A stretch of DNA of 62,921 nt, the filler included, from Sphacelaria rigidula (taxonomy: Eukaryota), in assembly GCA_964200075.2 (NCBI GenBank). It is 10 parts of 10 records of this genome, joined end to end, with 100 filler letters (N's around TTAATTAATTAA, not from the genome) between each part and the next. Parts side by side here need not be neighbours in the genome. Positions count along the whole stretch, not along the records: positions 31,513 to 37,714 come from CAXNAA020021543.1; positions 37,815 to 44,016 come from CAXNAA020021544.1; positions 44,117 to 50,318 come from CAXNAA020021545.1; 7 more parts are not named here. One strand, 5' to 3'. Both the position numbers and the translations under genes were made by a program. Below are positions 34,544-47,559 of this stretch, one piece after another. Positions within the stretch are counted from its first letter, which is position 1; every line of letters starts with the position of its first letter. Below the pieces are notes generated by a model, which was not told the origin of the DNA, made no database searches, and saw only the letters and a program-made list of their open reading frames with translations.

Positions 34544-36744
34544 TCGTGTGCATGGGTATATAGAGAGATACGGATGTGTGAGCGTCTGTACGTATCATGG
34601 TGGCTTCGCGTTGGTGGCTGTTCGTCACTGCGTTTTCCACAAAAAAAAATAAAACGTAGCTGTTAAACATCTCTTGTCTTGTGTCTTGTGTCTTCGTGTT
34701 CTGTTTTCTTTGTCCCCCCCCCCTCCTCGCTTTTTTTCCCCTACTTGTGTCAGCGTTGTTCCCGTATTCCATTTGTCGACGTTGTGTTTGTTTCACTATT
34801 ATCGTTTTTTTTCAAATTCCTTCCGCTATCTTTCGCTCCGTTTTCGTGTCCTCTTTTCTTACCCTCTCCTCCGTTCGAATCATTGCAATCTTATCTCACG
34901 CGAGAATTCCAGTCGGATTGATGTAGATATTTCTGTTCGCACGCACGGTTGGAATACTGTTTGACATTTCGGAACACGATGGTTTGGCGATTGCATGGTT
35001 CACCCTTTTCAGAACAGTTTCTGTCTCTATTGTACTTGATTTTGATTGATGTTGAAATTGAAAGCCTATCCCTGACGGTAAAACTCAAGCTCACTACTCA
35101 AACCAAAGCGCAATGGTGTGGACGAGAGCCGATTCCTTCCCCTCGACGGAACAATGAGGGTTAGGTACCATGGTAGTGAAACGAAGCAGGGTCACTATCC
35201 AAATCGCGGTTTCATGGAAAGGGGTTGGTGAAGTCATGATTGAGTGGAGCTTGCGCGAGAAAAGATTGCGTGTCTGCGTGATGTCTGTGTATGTAGGAAT
35301 ACCAACACGTTGCACAGTCTCACATCAAAACAATAGTAAAATAATGAATATCTTTCGGAACAAGATCTAACCTGTTTTTGCCCCCTTGCAGGCTGTGCTG
35401 CATCCCGCGAACGGAGAACAAGCGATATGGGCTTGTTGACTTTCCTTCACATGGCATGTGACCGAAGTTCCAGCGTATTACAGCGCTCACAGCGCACGTG
35501 CGGTCGTACCTTCTTAACTGAGCACCTCTACGGGCCATGTGTGCCTGAGTTTTGTACACGATTGTCATCATCCACATGGTGTCCCAGTACAGGGCGATGT
35601 TTGTTTGCCAGCGCTTCATCAACCCAGCTGCTCATTATGCGGAAGTTAATGGATCAGTGTGCCAAGATATGCATTTAGGGCTGGTGCGCGAAGTTTTATT
35701 CCACGGGAAAGCCGTGTGCACGGCGTATCGCCCATGTTCCCAAGACATCTGTAACCGCTGTTCTCTTTCCCGCGCGCTGGCCAAACGTGCCGCCGATTGG
35801 TTCACATGCTGCGTGTCGAAGATGAAGTAGTGTGCCAGTTTCACGGTCGGTTGTTGACCCTTTGGAAACTCATTGATGATTCTTGTTTTTGGGAATGGGC
35901 ATCATTTTGCCTTGAAAATGACGGAAAATGACGCCAATTATCAAAAACAAGAATCGCCAATGAGCTCCGACAGGGTTACAATAACCCACACGGGGGAGAA
36001 CTCCACAACCAAGGTTGCCTTGAAAAATAGCTATGACTTTTTAGCCTATGCAATGGCTTTTGTACACGGCCAAGCACAATATCGTTTGTTGTTTTGGCGT
36101 ATAACTGTGCGAGGGTTGGACGAGTCATCGCTGGTTCGATGTATCGCCACGTGTACGACGTCTGGCGCTTGATCGCTCGGAAGAGATGCAAAAAAGCTGA
36201 CCTCGGGTAAAACAAAAGTCGAGACGTATGCAATGTTTTCGCTATTCCACGTGGCTGGGGTGCGCAGCGCGTACCTGTGGTTCAACGCAGTATGTAATCT
36301 ATCGTGTTTTTCAGTTGACGCAATAGTCGGTATTGTACGCAGTAGGCTTTTGGACAAAGTAATTTACTGTCCAGGGTGTGATATATACATACAGACAGGC
36401 ACAGAGTATTTTTCCATTTTTATGTCTTGATCTCGGTTCCGTCCATCATATGGATAATGACGATGACTGGATTCCGGGCGGATCAGTTGAAGAAGTGCGA
36501 CAACCAACCAACCGATCGATCAATAAATCAATAATGGCTCGACAGCGAACAAGAACGAGGCTGTTGCGTATAATACAACACACACAAAAAAAAAACAGGT
36601 ACCGCTACATTTCATCGCCCTCTCCAGTAGCTTACAATAAAGAGCACCACCGCAGCAGTATCGTCCGTCTTCTTGCACTTTGAAGCGCACTGGCAGGTCC
36701 ACCAGCAGATCATTTTTTAACCCCCCCCCCCCATCGCCATACCT

Positions 36745-37064
36745 TACTGGTGAGACAGGCATGAGGCAGTGTGTAACTCACGGCTATCCCTGGACGTGGC
36801 GATACCAGAAAATGAAGCAACTCATTGGAGGCTGTCATCCAAATAATGCAAGATAATCAGTACGCCTCGGGCCGAACAATCTTGGCAGGATATAGCTCAC
36901 CTTTCATGCCACTCGCCGAACACTTACAGCGCTTCGCGTTTGGTGATTGATCGCGAGCATGGTCCGGCGAAAACCCGGCGTGCTCCGTCCTGGCTTTGCA
37001 GGGATGCGGGACCAATGGCCATATGACTACGGCATGGAAAAATATCACGAGTACATCCTCCCCA
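36745..37064 (+). mobile_element. Long copy of the oligo-C-tailed non-coding retroelement (family B)
   Basis: Collinear with 48500-48806(+) and 62725-62921(-); C-runs on both sides. Confidence 0.85.
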
Positions 37065-37099
37065 TCTCTTTCCCCCCCCCCCCCCCCGTCCCGACACAG

Positions 37100-37252
37100 G
37101 TGTACCTACCAATTTTCCAGACGGCAGGAAGCGTTGATCTGGCGGTCAGTATGATCCAGGAGTACGTCAGCCTTTGGGAGAGTGAGGAGGACCCCGCGAG
37201 GAAGGGCCTGCACGAAAAGAACCTACGGGCCAAGATCGAGGACGATTTGACG
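37100..37252 (+). CDS. FKS1: Exon of 1,3-beta-glucan synthase
   Basis: cacag|VYLPIFQTAGSVDLAVSMIQEY...AKIEDDLT|gtgagg; in phase; corresponds to the GSL 'WPxFLLAxKI' region. Confidence 0.8.
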
Positions 37253-37873
37253 GTGAGGATGTTTGTGGCAGTGTTTGGTGTCGCATGTCCATTTGACTGA
37301 TACCGTGTGGATTACCGCGATTCCAAGGGGATCCAGTTTATCGCCGCCCGTGCCCTCACGTTTTTCGGAGTTGAAGAGTTGTTGATTTTTTTTTTTCATC
37401 CCCTTGTTTTTTGTTCGTCTTTGCCTGATTAAATATATTGTGTGGTTTCAGCCATCCGGACGCGCAAGCTTTCATTTCATGTGTTTTAATGCCGGAAGTG
37501 AATTGAACCGGGCCGCAGAAAGAGGTGGGATTGGAGGTGGGGGGTACTCATGATCATGCATGCCATATTCATGGGATCATTGACCTCGCATTCCTACAAA
37601 GCCGGGATGGGGGGGGGGGGGGGGGGGGGGGGGGGGAAAAAAAAAAGTTGAAAAAAAAGAGGCACGAAAAATTTAAAAAAAAACAAGAGAAAAAGGGGCA
37701 CCTAACGGGGGGAANNNNNNNNNNNNNNNNNNNNNNNNNNNNNNNNNNNNNNNNNNNNTTAATTAATTAANNNNNNNNNNNNNNNNNNNNNNNNNNNNNN
37801 NNNNNNNNNNNNNNAGTAGTAGTAGCAGTAGCAGTAGTAGTAGTAGTAGTAGTAGTAGTAAGAGTAAGAGTAA

Positions 37874-37912
<39 letters not shown>

Positions 37913-37984
37913 TGGTAGTAGTAGAAGTAGTAGTAGAAGTAGTAGAAGTAGTGGAAATAGAATTATGGTCGTCACATTACAGAC

Positions 37985-38055
37985 TTGATTTGATTTGATT
38001 GGTTGTCGCACTTTAATTGAACTCCCAAGGGTCCAGCCGTGGTCTCATGGTAGAC
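37985..38055 (-). mobile_element. LINE-like 3' tail ending in (AAATC)n; second copy at 48418-48495(+)
   Basis: CATGAGACCRCGGCTSGACCC..GGG.G.TCA.TTAAAGTGCGACAA followed by AAATC repeats at both sites. Confidence 0.75.
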
Positions 38056-38414
38056 GCACCCAACAAAAACAAACTGAAACACTCGCTGAAGGAAAGAGTG
38101 CAAGGATGTATAAGATATACATATATATATATATATATATCCTGGGAGAGAGATGGGCCGGTCCATCAAAACCACAGACTTCGCCTGAATAAGGAGAAAG
38201 GTTGAAAAGGTTGATGAGAAAATCGGAAAGGTGTGCGTGTTTGGGATCTGACTACAAACAGCACAACCGTAATTCCCGCTGGAACAATGAAAAGAAGAGA
38301 ATAAAGCGGCACAAAAGGTGAACAAAACCGAACTCAATCCAATTCAACCGTAGAACGAAGGAGCCGAGCGGGGGGAAAAAAACGAACCGAAACGAATCAC
38401 TTGACTATACACAG

Positions 38415-38580
38415 GAGGAAGGCCCCCGCGTCCAGCGACGAGCACCCACAGCTAGCCGCACTAACGAACGCCGGAACGGATGATCAGACGGGAACGGACG
38501 AGGAAGATGATACCCTCGCTGGATTGTCGGCGTGGTCTGTGGGCAGCAAGCGAAATCTCGAATTCATCCAGGAGCTAGGC
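38415..38580 (+). CDS. Exon 1 of an unidentified host gene
   Basis: cacag|..RKAPASSDEHPQL...SAWSVGSKRNLEFIQELG|gtgagt; only one frame is open. Confidence 0.6.
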
Positions 38581-40094
38581 GTGAGTTTACCGCCATACTA
38601 TACCATGCTTTGTGTGTACCGCAAGTGTTGTAATATGCGTGGGGCAAGCAGCACAGTATCATAATTTTTTGTTCATGTTTGGATTATGACGATGGGAGAC
38701 TCAGAATTGGCGTTGGAGTACTGCAGAGGCATGAGATCCTGTGGAAAATTGACCGCTTCAAATGGAAAAGGGAGACTCATGTCAGGTAAGCAAATATTAG
38801 ACTGAGTGAAAATTGTCATACGTTGTCCTAATCTGTGCGTATCGTTCACTATCGTACATCAAGCTCTGGTGCTCTAAAGCGGCAGCGGTCGTACTCTGCA
38901 ATGCTCTCTACCGTAGCTCATGTATTTTACCATATGGTATACTGTCATACTTCACCATACATGTACCGTAACTGTTGTATTGTACGGCGTGGTGTACGGC
39001 CGTGCTCCCTTGCACACTGGATACAAAGTATATTGTCATACTCTACATTATTACGCTACACCATACCCCAAATAACAGATTATCTTCGAAAATGAGGTTG
39101 AATATGAAAATGAGGTTTAACGCCAACACAGTGCTCTGCCTGACCTACAGTAACGACAAATGACTTCCGTATGGACGATCTTATACCCCCCCAACGTCCC
39201 TGAAGTTTAGGGTGTTTCCCGTCTTCCGTTCCCCCAAACGGTATGTGCGAAAGCACCATTTTCGGCGAAAAACGTCCCTACTTTCACCCCGAAATCGAGA
39301 CGAAATAGTGCGTTTGCACATATCCTTTGGGAGAATGGAAGACGGTAAACCCCCCAAAATAGTGTCAGGGCGGTCGGGGGCATGTGGTCGTCAATATGAA
39401 GGTCATTTGCCATGACATGAGATCAGGGAAATTACTGTTTTGGAGTTGGAGCTCATTTTGATGTTGAACATCATTGTCGAAGATATTCCCTTAAATAAAG
39501 CATTCGTGAGATCGGGAACAAAGTTTTTCTATGGACGAAAAACGAAAAATGGATGTTTCGAACCATTCGGACTATACGAGTAGTTGAGAAATAGTTCAAA
39601 CGAAAGTTCTTTCCCTTTCGGATCTTGAAGATAAAATGTTTACAAAAATGACATGCGTATTGATTGATTCAAAACAGCAGAGCTGTTGCTGTCGCTTTTG
39701 ATCGATATTCTTGCAAGGAGAACCCAAGGGATGAACTGACAGTCCACCACACCGATGGGTCAGTTCAGCAAAGAAGATGGAGTGGAGCTGTGAGCCAGAA
39801 TGTTTCGTTCGGATCATCCATTTCATCACGTCTATCTCGTTATACTATCCTCTTGACAAGTCGAAAGTGGATGGCAGCCTCCTCATTACTTCTGGAGAGT
39901 CGTCACTCCCTTTCAGTAGAAAGATGTATTGTGTTTAGTATGAAAACGATCATACACAACATGTATACTGTACCTCAACTCGACTGCTGTTGTCGGGTAG
40001 TTTAGACAGCTTCCGAAAGACTACACAACAAGCCCCGCAATAAAAATGACCGTACAGGCATGAGTACCCGACGTATCCCTGAATGATGCCGCGG

Positions 40095-40270
40095 AAGCCC
40101 CCCCCCCCCCCCAAATCAGCCCCCAAACTGTCACGAATAAAATGACCATACAGCCCATGACAGCCGGTTTCAGACCTCATGAATCCCCTCATCATATCGG
40201 CGACATTGGCGAAAACGATTCCGAGCGAGGGAGTTCCCAGCTGCTCGGTGTGCTCGGATTTTGTCATTTT
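40095..40270. repeat. Dispersed repeat; second copy at 56460-56620
   Basis: Shared CAGCCC..AA.TGTCACGAA.AAAATG.CCATACAGC...GGCGACATTGGC...AGCTGCTCG.TGTGCTCGG. Confidence 0.75.
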
Positions 40271-41087
40271 GGCTTATATGTACATTTTGACTCCTCAAAT
40301 CAGCCATTTTCTCGGGGGGGGGGGGGATGTCGCGGCACCACTCCCCTCAAAACCCCCAAGCTAAGACTCTGCAGGAGCGTCTCAAAAGGCTACTCGTACA
40401 CGGGTGCAAAAAAGTCTGCGCAGGTACGCTTCGTATAAGCCCGTTCAGCAACGCGTACGGAGTCATCCTACAATAAGGAGGAGGAGGTGTTCCATTCCAC
40501 AAAAACACGAGCTCGTAGGTGTGTCAGGCAACCTAACACACTCGCGGTGTGCTTGTATTTGAGTGAAAACGGTATCAAGCAGCAAAAATAAACGAATGTT
40601 ATTTTGTCGGTAACAAGTGCGTTCAAACAACCGTTGCTGCTTTCAACGACGTTGTGAAGTGGATTTGCGCAGGGACAAATAGTCCCAAATACCCCCCCCC
40701 CCCCCCCAACCCCCGCGCGCCTCTATCGTAGGATGATTCTACGTACGCGATAATTTTCAACAAGTTAGCGTAGTTTCGGCCACGGGCTTTCACGCTAGCG
40801 TGTCGTGAAATCCCTACAAACAAAACACGGAAGAACACTGAGCACACAGGGTAGCAGGTGAGGAAAGATTCAAAGTCGAGAGTAGGCGGGAAAAAAATCT
40901 ATTGATCAATGTCGGAAGTATGCCTCGGCCAGCTTTCATCAAGTGCTTGGCTGCGGCATAGTCCCCTTGAGCCTGGTAGTTCATGCTTAGTGTCATCGTG
41001 CATGATGTGGTGGTCGGTTCGACCGAGGTTGTGTGCTGCACACACGCATACGCACGCCTCCGTCCGCTCGATCTAACAAATACGCAG

Positions 41088-41146
41088 GCCGCGATGTCCC
41101 GGAAATTGGAGGGCTTCGACATTAGAGAAGAGCTCGGCAAAATCAA
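41088..41146 (+). CDS. Exon 2 of the unidentified host gene
   Basis: cgcag|AAMSRKLEGFDIREELGKI..|gtgagg; phase 0 in, phase 2 out. Confidence 0.6.
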
Positions 41147-41174
41147 GTGAGGCAGACATCACACAATCAAACAT

Positions 41175-41335
41175 ACAGTACGCAGACTGAAGTATGATGC
41201 ACATTGAGGTATGGCACGCACTGAAGTATGACACACTGAGGTATGGCACGTGCAGAAGTATGACACACATTAAAGTATGGCATACACTCGAGTATGGCAC
41301 ACACTCAAGTATGGCACACACTGGAGTATGAAACG
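41175..41335. repeat. Minisatellite, ~16-18-bp unit (GAAGTATGRCACAC..)
   Basis: About 9 degenerate GTATG(G/A)CAC units in tandem. Confidence 0.85.
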
Positions 41336-42363
41336 CACGCGCCTATTATGATAGTAGCCTTTTGTTGTCATGTTCATGGCATGCTGTGTAGGTTGCTTGC
41401 TCGACGGAAATGATCTAGTTGTGTGTTCGTGTTTTTCCAATATTCTTTGGGTAAAAGGTAACAACGACCACATCACCACCACCAGCAATGGCGATATGCA
41501 CGGCAATCTGTGAATCAGTGGTTCTGTGAGTTGTTGAGAAAAGGGAAATATATCATGCAGTAGCATATATTTCCCGCAGTACTCATGCTTCAAACTTATT
41601 TTTCTAACTTGTACGCCAGGGCATGCCGAGCATTAAAGGGTGATCTCTGAGTGTGGTGACAGCACAGAAAAACAAGAGGAGTCAACACTTTTAAAAAGAC
41701 GAAACGAAGACAAGAACAGCAAGACAGTGATTGATTCAGCCTTGTTCGTCCACAACTAAGTATTGGCGATTCGATCAAATGCCGTTACGAATACTTCGCG
41801 CTGGTGGTAGTAAAAGTACTGGTGGGAGTGGTGATGGTGGTAGTAGTAGTAGGAGCAGCAGCACCAGCAGTAGTAGCTGTGAGTCGTTGTTATAATTTTT
41901 ACAGCAACAATTCTGGAAGAGAATGGGGACACATCGCTGAGTCAAAATCGTTGTGCTCCTTTTTTCCGTGCGGCAGTTTATGTTGTAGCTCTGCCTCTCT
42001 GTCAAGAACGATCGTCGGGTTACGGTCACGATCGTACCAAACATTTCGACGAAAGTGGATGGGCTGCAGGAGTCTTGATCCAATCATTTCTCGCTTGATG
42101 TTAAGTCGCAACGCAGGCGCTCGAGCAGAGATAGGCTGACAGATACTGTACCTTTGCTACACTAGAGCCTCGTCCTGTGGCGGAGGGAGGGGTGGGAATA
42201 GGCGATGTGGTTAAATATGGTATAGACTGAATGGATGAATACCAAACTGGTCTTTTAAATAGGGTATGGGAAACGGGAGTTATCCTTTCCCATCGTGCCC
42301 TCGCCTCCCCACCGTCGCTGGTCATGATGAATGCTTGTGTATGCGTGTGTTTTTTTGCTGTAG

Positions 42364-42436
42364 CTGCCAGAGGTACGCTCAGGGGATCATTAACGAAGGG
42401 TTCGGCCAGCGAGGAGCATTCGCCAACATACAGGAG
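42364..42436 (+). CDS. Exon 3 of the unidentified host gene
   Basis: tgtag|(N)CQRYAQGIINEGFGQRGAFANIQE|gtgaga; phase 2 in, matching exon 2. Confidence 0.6.
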
Positions 42437-43339
42437 GTGAGACACAGAGAGAGGGAGAGGAGGAGGAAGAGAGACTGACACGCCAACCCTTGATTTTGGC
42501 AATACACATCTATGTGGAGACCACATATATGTGTAAGCGTAATGAGCATCCAAGTACACATGTAAGCCGGAGAAACAGTCTCAGGAACGGGGTCCCCCAG
42601 TGATGTACATGATCGGACTCGAAAACGTTCAAACCTGTGAAGCTGGATCTTTGGTAACCTAGGCAACGGGGTCTCCGGTAAAAGAGCTCGGAGTCACGAG
42701 GCCACCGCATGAACCCTGGTTGAGCGTTGTCGGTACTGCCGTACCGACTCGTTCACTTGTTCTTCTTGCCTACCACTGGTCACGGCCGCATCCTTGCCTA
42801 AATGACAAGAGAGAGAATTACGCCTCGCTTTGGGGATCCTTCGGCAGCACGGTACGACAACGTCCTTCTTCGGGACCCGTGACTGTACTGCCTTACCCCC
42901 TAGCGAAGCCTAGTTCCCAGGCTGTTGAAAGAGACGCGAATAGGAAATCGAACCCTGAACGTGTTTTCATGTACGAAAGTTGGTCCGACAAAGACATGAG
43001 AGTAACTCAAATACCGCACGCTAACTCCTCCTTGGAAACGTATTGTAGCATAGAGGCGGGAGACCTGCAATTTAGCAATTTAGTATCTACATGATGAATC
43101 CACCATTAACTTCTCAAGCGCTCAAGTGCGTCCATCTGGGCAATCGGCGTGATGTTGACTGCCGTACATGGGTAAATAAGTACGAGGCGCAATCGTCTTT
43201 GGCTTGATTTCCCGGTCCTCAATAGCGAGCCGCTTTCCCCCTCCCTCCCCTCGCCCTCTCTTTCGTCATACTTTCAACCCTTTCCGTTCCTCGGATCGAG
43301 TTGGTGGTCTCTAGAGACCAGCTCATATCTCCCCCAGAA

Positions 43340-43417
43340 CACGTCTTACATTTTGGTTCCACGCGTTACATTTTGGTTCCACGTCTTACATTTTGGTCCC
43401 ACGTCTTACATTTTGGT
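43340..43417. repeat. Tandem repeat of a 20-bp unit x4 (CACGTCTTACATTTTGGTTC)
   Basis: Read directly; no spacers. Confidence 0.95.
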
Positions 43418-44253
43418 ATACCGCGGATTGGATCATGACCAACACGCCCCCTCACATTCATACGTTTGCGACGGCGGAAATGAAATATACAGTACTCCCT
43501 CAGAATAAAACCCAAACTAGTTCAGCTACAGTAGCCAGCGTCAGAAGTATATGCAGAATCCGTAATTTCTTAGTTTCTCAAAGATTGTCCAAATTTGTTT
43601 TCCTTGCCACCACTCATCACAGTGGCGGTTGGATGCCAAAAAATAGGCATCCGGAGATATTTTATACCTCTTGACAAATATTGAAAGAAAAATGGTCTGC
43701 GATCAATAACGAGTAACATACGGGCTTGACCGATCTCCGGGATTCCTGCGAAAATACGACCCCAAGCTCTAGCTTTTCGGTATTTCCGGTGGATCATATA
43801 AATGAAGACTCAAGAAGGATTGTTTTTTTGAAATTCCACCTAGTCACTGCGCTAGAAGAGCAGGAAAACTATGTTTCTTTGACCATTTACGGTCAATAAC
43901 ACCCTCCTGATAAACGGGGTCTTTATCCGGTATCGCCCCCACGACACCAACTTGGGCGATAATGATTTGAACACGGTTTGCTTATTTAGCCAAAACGTTC
44001 GACGCTAGCACTTTCGNNNNNNNNNNNNNNNNNNNNNNNNNNNNNNNNNNNNNNNNNNNNTTAATTAATTAANNNNNNNNNNNNNNNNNNNNNNNNNNNN
44101 NNNNNNNNNNNNNNNNCCCCCCCCCCCCCCCCGCCGCCGCCGCCACACTACTCTCAATCTTGCTTTTACTCCCTTGATTTTTCCCTTCCTACAACATGGG
44201 GAAAAACGGGAAATTTATTTTTGCTCTCGGCAAAAACATCAAACCACGAACAG

Positions 44254-44745
44254 AAAAAGACGACCTCGGACCTCCTTCTATCGCGAGCGTTGCACGTCAT
44301 CACCTTGCAACTCCACGGGTTGGATTCCGACGTCGCTGACACCGCTGGCGCAGCCTATGGAGCTACAGGATCAGCGAGGGCGGCCGCCGCAGCGGCAGCG
44401 GTGGTGGTGAACGGAAAAGGACACGCCGGCAGTGTTGGTGTTGGTGTCGGTGGCAAAGCGGCCGCCCACCAGGTAAGAGAAGGAACGAAAGGGCTCGGTG
44501 ATCCGGAGGCGTTTTTTGCGGCCGTTACGGAAGGAAACGGCAAGGCGAGCAGTGTTGCCGCTGCTGCCGCTGCTACCGATGGTACCGGGGGCAGGCCGAG
44601 CGGGAGTCGAGGGCAGCTGAAGGGTAGCAAGGGTGGCGGCAGCGGCGGAGGTGGTGTTGCGGAAGAAACGAGCATTTGCGAGCTGCTGGGGAGGGTGGCG
44701 CGCGATCACGTCGGGCTCGGCTTGCTGTTCGAGGACGGTTTGTGG
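44254..44745 (+). CDS. Exon of a UBR-family N-recognin E3 ubiquitin ligase (UBR1/2/3/PRT6-like)
   Basis: aacag|KKTTSDLLLSRALHVITLQL...SICELLGRV...LLFEDGLW|gtgtgt; 164 codons; in phase with the next exons. Confidence 0.65.
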
Positions 44746-44805
44746 GTGTGTGATTGTATGGGTCGATGTTTATGTACAGTAAGGAAGGCACGTTGGGCGG
44801 TGGGA

Positions 44806-45000
44806 GGGGGGGGTACTCATTTGTTGCAGTCGTCTGGCCAATCACCACGCAATCTCTTCGAGACCGAGCACCGTACGTTCTCCTAGTAGAGACACCTGTA
44901 ATATTTGGGCACTCATCACATTTCTTCCATACATTTACGACGTACACACAAACCTTTTACATATCTTATCTTCCTGATTCGCCGTCTGTGGCCAGAAAAG
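44806..45000 (-). mobile_element. Degenerate LINE family A 3' end
   Basis: WPQTANQEDKICKRF... ending CAACAAATGAGTACCCCCCC. Confidence 0.75.
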
Positions 45001-45088
45001 GGTGGGGAGGGTGTTGCTGGTCGGGTCTGATACACAGCATATAGTCATATATCCCAGATTACGGTGTACATGACTAATAACGTATACG

Positions 45089-45133
<45 letters not shown>

Positions 45134-45476
45134 ACCCCCCCCCCCCCCCCCCACACTTCCCCTNNNNNNNNNNGGGGTTTACTAACACACAAATACCTTA
45201 TATCCCCCGACTCCGGCGTACCTCACCAAAAACTCCCCCCCCCCCCCCCCCCCCCCCCCTCCTTTCAATACACCACCCCCGGGTGATGACTTTTCCGGCC
45301 CCACAATTTTCTCACTGAGGGAACGCGTACGGTATTGTAGGCAGCTGGCTATGCTGCTGATTTCACAAGATACTGCAATGTTTCACCTTACTTCACGCTA
45401 CGGCACGCTACTTTTTCGATTATTATAATTTGGGTAGTATTACTAGTACTAGCACTACTACTACTACTACTACTAC

Positions 45477-45549
<73 letters not shown>

Positions 45550-45629
45550 CTCTTTTGATATATACCTTACCAAGCATATCAAACTGCTTTCCCCACTCAA
45601 TGCACCTGCACGCTTCGTTTGATTCACAG

Positions 45630-45824
45630 TGGATCGTCCGAGAGTTCGCCCAGCGCAGCGAAGCCTGCCGGGCTACTCTCAGCTGCCTCGGAGTCTTTAC
45701 GGAAGTGGGTGGGGATGGAGCCGCTGCCAGGGGTTCATCGGGGTCAGGCTGTGGCGGTGGAAGTGGTGGCGGCGGCGGTGGGAAGGACGCGGAAACGACT
45801 TTAGACAAGAAGAAACGTGCTCAG
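45630..45824 (+). CDS. Exon of UBR-family E3 ligase
   Basis: cacag|WIVREFAQRSEAC...TTLDKKKRAQ|gtcaga; 65 codons. Confidence 0.7.
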
Positions 45825-45939
45825 GTCAGAAGCCAATGCAGAGGAAAGAGGAATTCCACGCAGATATGGCGGGGGGCACGAGGAGGGGGGTAGGTGGAGG
45901 GTTGGAGGCATTTGATGAAGAATTGAAGATCGCATTCTA

Positions 45940-46460
45940 TAGGGTACGAGTATGTTTGGCAGGGTACAAATATCGGATACTGGTACGGGAGGCTTACGGA
46001 CTCACATAATTTGTCGGGTACGGTACAGAGGATGTACAGAAACCCTTACCCACCACCGGGTATTTCTGCAGGGGTATACCCGTGCCTCGAGTAAATGTAA
46101 ACATTCGTACATATATACAGAACAGTCGGGTACCGGTATGGGAGGCTTACTGAATCTACAGAACATGTCGGGTACGGTATGGAGGATGCACAGAAAACCC
46201 TGACTCACCAACGGGTATTTCTACAAGAGCGTACCTGTACCTCGGGGAAAGGTGAACATTTCGTGCAGATGTCACATAACTGTCGGGTACCGGTATGAGA
46301 GCATTTAAAAATCACAGAAATGTCGGGTACTGGGATGAGAAGGTTACACAATTCACAGAACTATCGGGTATGGGTATGAGAGGCATAAATGACTCACAGA
46401 ACAGTCGTGTAAGGGAAATACCCTGGTAAATACCCCGTGTATACAAAAAATCATACCCTA
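45940..46460. mobile_element. Non-autonomous TIR element made of GGGTAC/CAGAA subrepeats
   Basis: Ends TAGGGTACGA and TCATACCCTA are inverted; internal TCGGGTACCGGTATG and ACAGAA motifs repeat. No TSD seen. Confidence 0.65.
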
Positions 46461-46513
46461 CAAAACGCAATATCGAAAAATTGCATGGATTACTTCGAAA
46501 CAAATCAAATCAG

Positions 46514-46642
46514 GCTCAGGCGATGGAGGCGATGCGTAAGCAGCAGGCAGCGTTTGCAGACTTCGTTGGGATGGAAGGCCTCGACGACGACAGCGACCTG
46601 GAGGATGACAACGTGGCCGACGGAAAGACTTCTACCAATGAG
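46514..46642 (+). CDS. Exon of UBR-family E3 ligase
   Basis: atcag|AQAMEAMRKQQAAFADFVGM...|gttttc completes the 'KKKxAxxRQxxxMxxMxxQQxxF' basic helix that precedes the RING in UBR proteins. Confidence 0.75.
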
Positions 46643-47559
46643 GTTTTCTTCTTTTTCTGTCCCTTTTTTTTTTTCTTGTCATGACTACTTCTCTCGTTCA
46701 TGGTGTGCGTTGTTGGGTGTGTTTGTTGGTTGGTTACATCGATCGTTGATCACATGAGATATGGTGTGCCTGCTGAGATTTCCGAAGGTGTTCACAGTAT
46801 ATTGTATGCCTACGGGTACGGATTGTTTACGGTGCCTATACTCCCGATAATCTGGCCTTGATCCTTTTGGAACTGTTGATGGAAAAAATGACGATTTTCA
46901 CAATTTTCGTTTTCTTGGGCAAGATGTGGTTGTTTTTCTGCAAGTGTTCACTGTTGATGATGCAGCCCCCGCCAAAACGGTGCACCGCTCTAAGTTCAAG
47001 TATACTCGTAATGTGACAGATTCGTGCCCCGAACTCGAAGTAATTTTTTGTCCCGGTGACGAAAAGCTCGCAAATGGGAGTTTGTACTGTTTTTCGCGTG
47101 TTGCGAAAGGGTTGAATGTCGACGGTTGTTATGTGCCTTGTGTGTGTGTGTGTGTGTTTTTTTTTTCTCTCTTATTCTTCATTTTTCTTCACCTCCTCCC
47201 CGTCCGCCCGTCCGTCCCCGTCTCGATTTTCCACGTTTTTTTCATTTACGAAGCACAAAAAAATGAAATAATGTAGTCTTCTTAGAACAGCGCTCGACGC
47301 GTCTTGAAGGCTCTTGTTCATCCTACCCAGCTGCTGTGAATATTTTTGGATGAGACTCACCCCCGTCCCTCGCCCCTTTCTTTTGGAGAACCAGGGGTAG
47401 GTACGAGGGTAGCACAAAAAATCAAGGTTCGAATCACCATCTCCTTCCTCGTGTGTATTGTGGGTGGGCGGGGAGGGGAGGTTGGGGGGGGGGGGGGGGC
47501 TTGATGAAGTCACGGCAGGCGTGGGGCATATGCATGTGGGTTTTTCCTGAATAAGGAAG

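Noticed and set aside
35390..35830. Cys-rich minus-strand stretch like a piggyBac C-terminal domain
   Set aside because: Too decayed; no catalytic motifs or TIRs identified.
36735..36855. U1 snRNA-like similarity in the family B 5' part (ATACCTTACTGG; GATACCA..GAAG..GAGGCT..ATCCA)
   Set aside because: The conserved U1 loops (GAUCANGAAG, AUUGCAC) and the Sm site are absent; probably chance. An Infernal RF00003 search would settle it.
41175..41335. Minisatellite as a possible CRISPR-like array
   Set aside because: Degenerate contiguous units without unique spacers; eukaryotic intron; no cas genes.
43340..43417. 20-bp x4 repeat as a possible CRISPR array
   Set aside because: Head-to-tail with no spacers.
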